Shown here: positions 27,336-32,000 of the stretch, piece by piece
Numbering within the stretch: the stretch's first letter is position 1
Layout of the letters: the number at the start of each line of letters is the position of its first letter
NCBI RefSeq assembly: GCF_000020025.1
Contig: NC_010628.1
Coordinates: forward strand, 1,680,001 to 1,712,000
Length of the DNA stretch: 32,000 nt
Origin: Nostoc punctiforme PCC 73102
Lineage (GTDB): Bacteria; Cyanobacteriota; Cyanobacteriia; Cyanobacteriales; Nostocaceae
Reading direction: 5' to 3'
Translations under genes and position numbers: made by a program
The notes under the pieces: generated by a model
What the model saw: only the letters and a program-made list of their open reading frames with translations
Told to the model about the DNA's origin: nothing
The model's database searches: none

Positions 27336-27746
27336 GGTTCATCTCCGGCATTCGGTTAGGGATTGCTATAAAAAATAGTGATGACACATACTTAAGTGTT
27401 TATGCTGGTTATAAATTTTAGGTGTTTATTCTATATCGTAGTAGTAGACTAAATTATTACATTTTTATTCTAAAACACGGAGCAAAGCCCAACCCAGTTT
27501 TGAACGTCGCAGCAAGATTCTGCAACGTTAAGTTCCTTATTTTAAATTTAATCAATCGATTTTAGCAGACTTTTCCTAAATTACAATTTTTGCAAATATT
27601 ACTAATAGTTACAAGAATATTGACATTAACTAATGTATATTTTATTCATAAGGCTAGTAACTGGCTGTATTATTTTCAACTATCAGTTATTTTCTTTCAT
27701 AAGCTTTCAAAATGAACAGTGTCATAAAACGAACATTGTTTAGATT

Positions 27747-28331
27747 ATGTTAGATGGTCTAGACACTACCTTAGAATTGCTACTGAAGCGAGAACTTCCA
27801 CCTGATGTTCCTTCAGGAGACACAGAGGTGTTTATCAGTTTTCAGACCCCTTATCAAGGAGCAATTAAACAAAAACCAGCGATTAATTTATTTCTTTATG
27901 ATGTACAGGAGAATCTGGAGTTACGCAGCAGTGCTTGGTCAGTGGAACGCCAAACTAATGGCAGAGCAATTAGAAAACGTCCCCCAGCTAGGGTAGATTG
28001 TTCATATCTAATTACTGCTTGGCCACAAAATGAAGAGGATGTCCAGACAGAACATCAACTTTTAGGAGCAGTGATGAAGGTGTTGCTGCGACATCGAAAA
28101 CTCTCCGAACCCTTGATTGCAGATAACTTAGAAGGACAAGAACTTCCTTTAAGACTAATTAGTTTACGTCCCAGTAACTTACAAAGTTTTGGGGAATTTT
28201 GGCAAGCAATGGGGGGGAAGGAAGGAACTAGACCCAAGGTTGTCTTGCATTGTACTGTTACCATCTCCGTTCCTGTGGATGAAGCAGGAGAAGAAGCGAG
28301 ACTGGTGGGAGTTCATCAACCAAACTCTTAG
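27747..28331 (+). CDS. DUF4255 / Pvc16_N-family protein (Afp16/Cis16-like tail terminator/cap)
   Basis: 194 aa. The family-typical pattern is ISFQTP...KPAINLFLYDVQENLELRS...VDCSYLITAWP. It is the first gene of the plus-strand CIS structural arm. Confidence 0.8.
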   Translation: MLDGLDTTLELLLKRELPPDVPSGDTEVFISFQTPYQGAIKQKPAINLFLYDVQENLELRSSAWSVERQTNGRAIRKRPPARVDCSYLITAWPQNEEDVQTEHQLLGAVMKVLLRHRKLSEPLIADNLEGQELPLRLISLRPSNLQSFGEFWQAMGGKEGTRPKVVLHCTVTISVPVDEAGEEARLVGVHQPNS

Positions 28332-28345
28332 TTTCAGGAGTAGCG

Positions 28346-28984
28346 ATGCTCGAACTATCTATAGTTAACCAACAAATAGCGATCGCAGGTAAAGTTTTGC
28401 AAGGAGAAACCCAAAAGAATATTTCTGGTGCAATAGTTGCAATTATTGAGATGCCAGAAAAATTTCGAGCCATTTTATCTCTAAAAGCACTGCAATACGG
28501 TTCGCAATGGGAAAAAATGTCTGAGCGGCCTGACCGCAAAATTACCAGCAATGATGGTTATTTTTACTTTACCAATTTACCCTCTGGGGAATATCTTCTA
28601 GAAGCATCGTTACCTACCAGCCCAACTCGATACAACGAAGTCAGAACAAAAGTTCAAGTATCTTCCCCTATCAATGGCAAAATTTCCACAACGATGGCGG
28701 ATATTGTGCTTTCGCCCACGGGAATTAAAGGAAAAATTACTGATGTAACCGATCCAAAAAAGTTGATTACAAATGCCAAAGTACAGATTCAAGATAGCGG
28801 AGATACTACCATTAGTGACCAACAAGGTAATTATCATTTAATCGGATTAGAATCTCCAAAATTTGGTGAGCGTAACATCACCGTGATTGTCTCTGCAACA
28901 GGTTATCAACAAGTTTTACAGCAACTCAATATTCAGCGCGGCCAAGTAATTGCGGAGCAGAGTTTTGCTCTAAAACCCAAATAA
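28346..28984 (+). CDS. CarboxypepD_reg-like (beta-sandwich) repeat protein, non-canonical CIS-locus component
   Basis: 212 aa with two segments resembling carboxypeptidase-regulatory-like domains (DGYFYFTNLPSGEYLLEA; DQQGNYHLIGLESPKFGERNITVIVSATGYQ). An AGGAG Shine-Dalgarno lies 6 nt upstream. The gene starts 14 nt after the DUF4255 gene. Confidence 0.65.
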   Translation: MLELSIVNQQIAIAGKVLQGETQKNISGAIVAIIEMPEKFRAILSLKALQYGSQWEKMSERPDRKITSNDGYFYFTNLPSGEYLLEASLPTSPTRYNEVRTKVQVSSPINGKISTTMADIVLSPTGIKGKITDVTDPKKLITNAKVQIQDSGDTTISDQQGNYHLIGLESPKFGERNITVIVSATGYQQVLQQLNIQRGQVIAEQSFALKPK

Positions 28985-29064
28985 ATACTCATTTTTTTTA
29001 GGATAAGTAAATAGGCACAATAATCAACTATATGAGGAAAAATAAACTAAGCTAAAACTCTTAT

Positions 29065-29085
29065 GCCTATTGCCTATTCCCTATT
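29065..29085 (-). repeat. Tandem heptamer array GCCTATT GCCTATT CCCTATT (reverse complement of AATAGGC/AATAGGG)
   Basis: Read directly from the sequence. It lies 33-53 nt upstream of the sheath-1 start codon. Confidence 0.9.
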
Positions 29086-29117
29086 TACCTTCTTACTTAT
29101 ATCAAGGAGCTAATTAA

Positions 29118-30563
29118 ATGCCAACCTATCTTTCTCCAGGTGTTTACGTCGAAGAAATAGCTTCGGGTTCTGCTCCAATTGTCGGAGTTGGAACCAGTAT
29201 TGCTGCTTTTATTGGCACGATTAAAGCCAATGCTTGGTCATCAACTAATATTAGCAAGACCTCAATTAAGTCTGTGGGTAGCCCTACAAGCCCAGTTGAT
29301 ATTGGTGAGGGTAAAGGTGGAAACCAAAAAAATTATCCCTTATTGTCAGGAGATTATCCACTAGTAACCACAGTGGGGACTTATGGCTTCTTCGTTGGTG
29401 GGAGTCCTGTTAATTTAGATGATACAAACCCTATTACTAATAGCGATGCAGAAAAATCTGCAACCGTAAAATTTCAAGATGCAATTCCTTCAGGGGAAAA
29501 AATTACCGGATATTACCAAGTTCAACTACCTGTAATAGTAATTCCCAGCGATCCTAACATCGCTCAAGAAGGGGAAATTAAATTAATCACAAACTTTAGT
29601 GAATTTAAGAAATTCTTTGGTGACTTTTTACCACCTACTGGCGATACCCAAGGACAAAACACCTTAGCTCATGCAGTTTATGGCTTTTTCAGAAATGGTG
29701 GAACTCGTTGTTATGTCACCTGGATATCTGAAGAAAATAAACTTGCTGGTGTTTTAGATGCGTTTGAAGCTATTGATGAAATTACTATAGTCGCTGCACC
29801 AGGAAATTTAGCCCTCAGAGATGATATCAAAGACCATGCAGAAAAACTTGGCGATCGCATTGCGATTCTCGATAGTCTAGATACCATCGACCTTAGCAGC
29901 ACAGGAGTTGTGAATACCCTTAAACCCTTCAACTCTGCCTATGCAGCTTTGTATTTCCCGTGGATTCAAGTTTTCGATCCTGCGAGTAATAGCAATATTT
30001 TTATTCCACCAAGCGGTCATATTGCAGGAGTTTATGCACGGGTTGATGGACAAAGGGGAGTACACAAAGCCCCTGCCAATGAAACTATTTTGGGAGCTTT
30101 AGATTTAAAATATAATCTCAGCAAAGCCAAACAAGATGGGCTTAATCCCGATGGAATTAACGTTATTCGCAAATTAAACGGGAATATCCGCGTTTGGGGT
30201 GCGCGTACCTTGGGCGGAGATGCAAATACTGAGTTCAAATACGTCAATATTCGTCGGCACTTTAGTTACCTGCGAGACTCCATTGATAAAGGGACTCAAT
30301 GGACAGTTTTTGAACCCAATACCCCCGAACTCTGGGCAAAAATCCGCCGCAATATCAGTGCTTTTTTATTGATAGAGTGGCGCAAAGGTGCATTATTTGG
30401 CACAACACCCCAAGAAGCTTTTTATGTGAAATGTGATGCCGAAACCAACCCCCCAGAAGTGCGGGATTTGGGTCAAGTTGTCACAGAGATTGGCATAGCA
30501 GTTGTGAAGCCGGCAGAATTCGTGATTTTCCGTCTGAGTCAGTGGACTGGGACGGGAACGTAG
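29118..30563 (+). CDS. Contractile sheath protein, paralog 1 (Phage_sheath_1 family; Afp2-4/Cis2-like) with a ~115-aa N-proximal insertion
   Basis: The N-terminus is canonical (PTYLSPGVYVEEIASGSAPIVGVGTSIAAFIG). The core reads ALYFPWIQV, PPSGHIAGVYARVDGQRGVHKAPAN and INVIRKLNGNIRVWGARTL. The C-terminus reads PQEAFYVKCDAETNPPEV...VKPAEFVIFRLSQ. An AAGGAG RBS lies at 29104-29109. Confidence 0.9.
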   Translation: MPTYLSPGVYVEEIASGSAPIVGVGTSIAAFIGTIKANAWSSTNISKTSIKSVGSPTSPVDIGEGKGGNQKNYPLLSGDYPLVTTVGTYGFFVGGSPVNLDDTNPITNSDAEKSATVKFQDAIPSGEKITGYYQVQLPVIVIPSDPNIAQEGEIKLITNFSEFKKFFGDFLPPTGDTQGQNTLAHAVYGFFRNGGTRCYVTWISEENKLAGVLDAFEAIDEITIVAAPGNLALRDDIKDHAEKLGDRIAILDSLDTIDLSSTGVVNTLKPFNSAYAALYFPWIQVFDPASNSNIFIPPSGHIAGVYARVDGQRGVHKAPANETILGALDLKYNLSKAKQDGLNPDGINVIRKLNGNIRVWGARTLGGDANTEFKYVNIRRHFSYLRDSIDKGTQWTVFEPNTPELWAKIRRNISAFLLIEWRKGALFGTTPQEAFYVKCDAETNPPEVRDLGQVVTEIGIAVVKPAEFVIFRLSQWTGTGT

Positions 30564-30572
30564 GGGATGGGG

Positions 30573-30615
30573 AATAGACAAATAGGCAATAGGCAATAGG
30601 CAATAGGCAATAGGC
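30573..30615 (+). repeat. Tandem heptamer array: AATAGAC(A) then 5 perfect AATAGGC units (30581-30615)
   Basis: Read directly from the sequence. It starts 10 nt after the sheath-1 stop codon, in the sheath-1/sheath-2 spacer. Confidence 0.95.
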
Positions 30616-30648
30616 AAATTTTCTTACTCCCCACTGAAAATAATTACG

Positions 30649-30669
30649 AATGACAAATGACAAATGCCA
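30649..30669 (+). repeat. Tandem heptamer AATGACA AATGACA AATGCCA overlapping the sheath-2 start codon
   Basis: Read directly from the sequence. The ATG of the third unit (30664) is the predicted start of sheath paralog 2. Confidence 0.85.
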
Positions 30670-31764
30670 ACTTTAGAGCCAAAAATACCAGGTATCTCTT
30701 TAAACTATGTCGTTCCTACTCCAGAACCTGAGTTACTAACAGGTGTTCCGGTATTCTTTGGTCTGGTTACAGAGGAAGTGAAAGAAGCAAAAAAGCTAAC
30801 CTTGGCGACGCATTTTCAGCAGTATTTTGGTCAAGCTAAGGGATATTTAGCAGATGCAATCAAAGGATTTTTTGAAAACGGAGGTCGTCTTTGTTATGTT
30901 ATAGCCTTATCTAACAATACTCTTGAAGCTCTGCAACAAGGTTTAGAGACAAGCGAAGTCTTAGAAAATATTGATTTGATTTGTGTTCCCGACATCATGC
31001 TTGGTTCAGATGGGGAAGTTATTCAGATGCAGCAAGCTATTTTAAAACATTGCGAGCAGATGGGCGATCGCTTTGCCATTCTTGATGCTTTGAATGATAT
31101 AGGAAAACTAAATGAGCAACGCAAACGAATTTCTAGTCAAAACGGAGCATTATACGCACCTTGGCTAAAAGTAGAATTTCGCGTCGATCCTATTCCTGCC
31201 TGTGGTCATATTGCAGGAATATATGCAAGTTGCGATCGCACAGTCGGGGTACATGGCGCACCTGCTAATATTCCACTTGCAGGGGTACTGGATCTCAGTT
31301 TTTCCCTAACTCCCACAGATCAAGAACAGCTGAATCCAAAAAACGAAGCGGGAGTCAATTGTATCCGTAGCTTCCAAGGACGAGGTATGCGAGTGTGGGG
31401 AGTACGTACCCTCAGCCCCATCCCAGAATGGCAATATGTCAACGTGCGTCGCTTATTTCTCACCTTTGGACGCTGGGTGAATCGTAATTTAGCCGATACA
31501 GTGTTTGAACCAAATGCTTTTCCTTTATGGGTGCGACTGCAAAGGGAATTAAGCATTTATTGTGAATCTTTATGGCGACAAGGCGCTATCCAAGGTGCTT
31601 TGCCACAAGAGGCATTCTATGTCAAATGTGATGCTGAAACGAATCCCCCTGAAAATCGAGAAATGGGACAAGTAATAGCAGAAATAGGTTTAGCCCCCAC
31701 TATTCCAGGGGAATTTATTCAACTTTTAGTTGTTCAAAGTAGTAGCGGAATTACACTTACTTAA
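30664..31764 (+). CDS. Contractile sheath protein, paralog 2 (shorter, divergent N-terminus)
   Basis: 366 aa. Motifs are ALYAPWLKV, CGHIAGIYASCDRTVGVHGAPAN, VNCIRSFQGRGMRVWGVRTL and PQEAFYVKCDAETNPPEN. It is clearly paralogous to 29118-30563 at both the protein and DNA level in the 3' part. Confidence 0.85.
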   Translation: MPTLEPKIPGISLNYVVPTPEPELLTGVPVFFGLVTEEVKEAKKLTLATHFQQYFGQAKGYLADAIKGFFENGGRLCYVIALSNNTLEALQQGLETSEVLENIDLICVPDIMLGSDGEVIQMQQAILKHCEQMGDRFAILDALNDIGKLNEQRKRISSQNGALYAPWLKVEFRVDPIPACGHIAGIYASCDRTVGVHGAPANIPLAGVLDLSFSLTPTDQEQLNPKNEAGVNCIRSFQGRGMRVWGVRTLSPIPEWQYVNVRRLFLTFGRWVNRNLADTVFEPNAFPLWVRLQRELSIYCESLWRQGAIQGALPQEAFYVKCDAETNPPENREMGQVIAEIGLAPTIPGEFIQLLVVQSSSGITLT

Positions 31765-31791
31765 TTCAAATTTATTACAGGAGGTTCTTTT

Positions 31792-32000
31792 ATGCCTACG
31801 ATTTCTAACCCCCATGACCCATACAGTGGTTATAATTTCTGGGTGGAATGGGATGGTATTGTTCATGCTGGGTTTCGTGAATGTAGTGGTTTGACAGCGA
31901 CTCGCAAAGCAGGAACTTATCGAGAAGGAACAGATAAAGCATTAAGCCAACGTCAAATTCCCGGTCTTAATACTTATGGTAACATTACCCTAAAACGAGG
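31792..32000 (+). CDS. Tail tube protein (Phage_T4_gp19-like; Afp1/Cis1-like), 5' part only; continues beyond the window
   Basis: This ORF is not in the ORF track because it is open-ended. My translation is MPTISNPHDPYSGYNFWVEWDGIVHAGFRECSGLTATRKAGTYREGTDKALSQRQIPGLNTYGNITLKRG. The F.VE.DGI..AGF.E.SGL...YREG....PG...YGNITLKRG pattern is typical of gp19-type tube proteins. An AGGAGG RBS lies at 31779-31784. Confidence 0.85.
   Translation, partial: MPTISNPHDPYSGYNFWVEWDGIVHAGFRECSGLTATRKAGTYREGTDKALSQRQIPGLNTYGNITLKR

Noticed and set aside
27805-28837. ORFs 27805-27996 (+), 28055-28264 (-), 28258-28551 (-) and 28610-28837 (-) overlapping the DUF4255 and CarboxypepD_reg genes.
   Set aside because: They are off-frame or antisense ORFs without motifs, and the sense genes are better supported by family patterns and RBSs.
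30573-30615. I asked whether the tandem repeats could be a miniature CRISPR array or part of a CRISPR leader.
   Set aside because: The units are contiguous 7-mers with no spacers and no cas genes nearby. They fit STRR-type microsatellites instead.
29179-31556. ORFs 29179-29364 (+), 29711-29932 (-), 29877-30065 (-), 30032-30247 (-), 30393-30617 (-), 30481-30663 (-) and 31320-31556 (-) overlapping the sheath genes and their spacer.
   Set aside because: They are shadow ORFs. The two that cross the spacer merely translate the heptamer array (PIAYCLLPIAY), which is a repeat artefact.
23377-32000. Alternative readings of the sheath/tube genes as a type VI secretion system or a myophage prophage tail module.
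   Set aside because: There is no TssB-like small sheath subunit, ClpV, Hcp or TssK-type gene, and no capsid, portal, terminase, integrase or att-like repeats in view. The DUF4255, DUF4157 and Afp15-type AAA+ genes are the combination typical of eCIS-class systems. This cannot be fully excluded without the downstream sequence.
1-32000. I searched for tRNA, rRNA, transposase/IS elements, integrases, reverse transcriptases (DGR/retron) and known toxin-antitoxin families.
   Set aside because: I saw no T-loop/anticodon-arm tRNA pattern (GGTTCGAATCC-like), no rRNA-like conserved blocks, and no ORF with DDE/HUH transposase, tyrosine recombinase or RT (YxDD) motifs among the translated ORFs.

Overview
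The window looks like a chromosomal segment from a filamentous, Nostocales-like cyanobacterium. That assignment is inferred from more than 20 copies of the HIP1 palindrome GCGATCGC, STRR-like heptamer tandem repeats, and small GC-rich mini-repeats sitting inside genes. All calls come from reading the ORF translations and the DNA by eye; no searches were run. The window has three blocks. (1) nt 1-5983 is a cell-envelope/exopolysaccharide cluster: a GT4 glycosyltransferase (5' truncated), a SAM methyltransferase, a DegT-type sugar aminotransferase, a Bac_transf priming sugar transferase and a Wzc-like co-polymerase/BY-kinase. (2) nt 6.2-23.3 kb holds mixed genes: YjbQ, a Nif3-like protein, an MBL/beta-CASP hydrolase, a second GT4, a TspO-like membrane protein, an HExxH protein, a HAD phosphatase, a cytochrome P450, a decayed alpha/beta-hydrolase pseudogene, a Rieske-domain fusion and several conserved hypotheticals. 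(3) nt 23377-32000 is the most interesting part, the beginning of a contractile injection system (eCIS / cyanobacterial tCIS-like) locus. On the minus strand it has a two-domain AAA+ ATPase (Afp15/Cis15-like) and a DUF4157 protein with an uncharacterised C-terminal domain, a candidate effector. A 411-bp divergent control region separates these from the plus-strand genes: a DUF4255 (Pvc16/Afp16-like) protein, a CarboxypepD_reg-like protein, two tandem sheath paralogs and the 5' part of a gp19-like tube gene, which is cut by the window end. Heptamer repeat arrays in inverted orientation flank the first sheath gene. A mini-repeat interrupts the degenerate P-loop of the ATPase. No rRNA, tRNA, CRISPR array, transposase or integrase was recognised.
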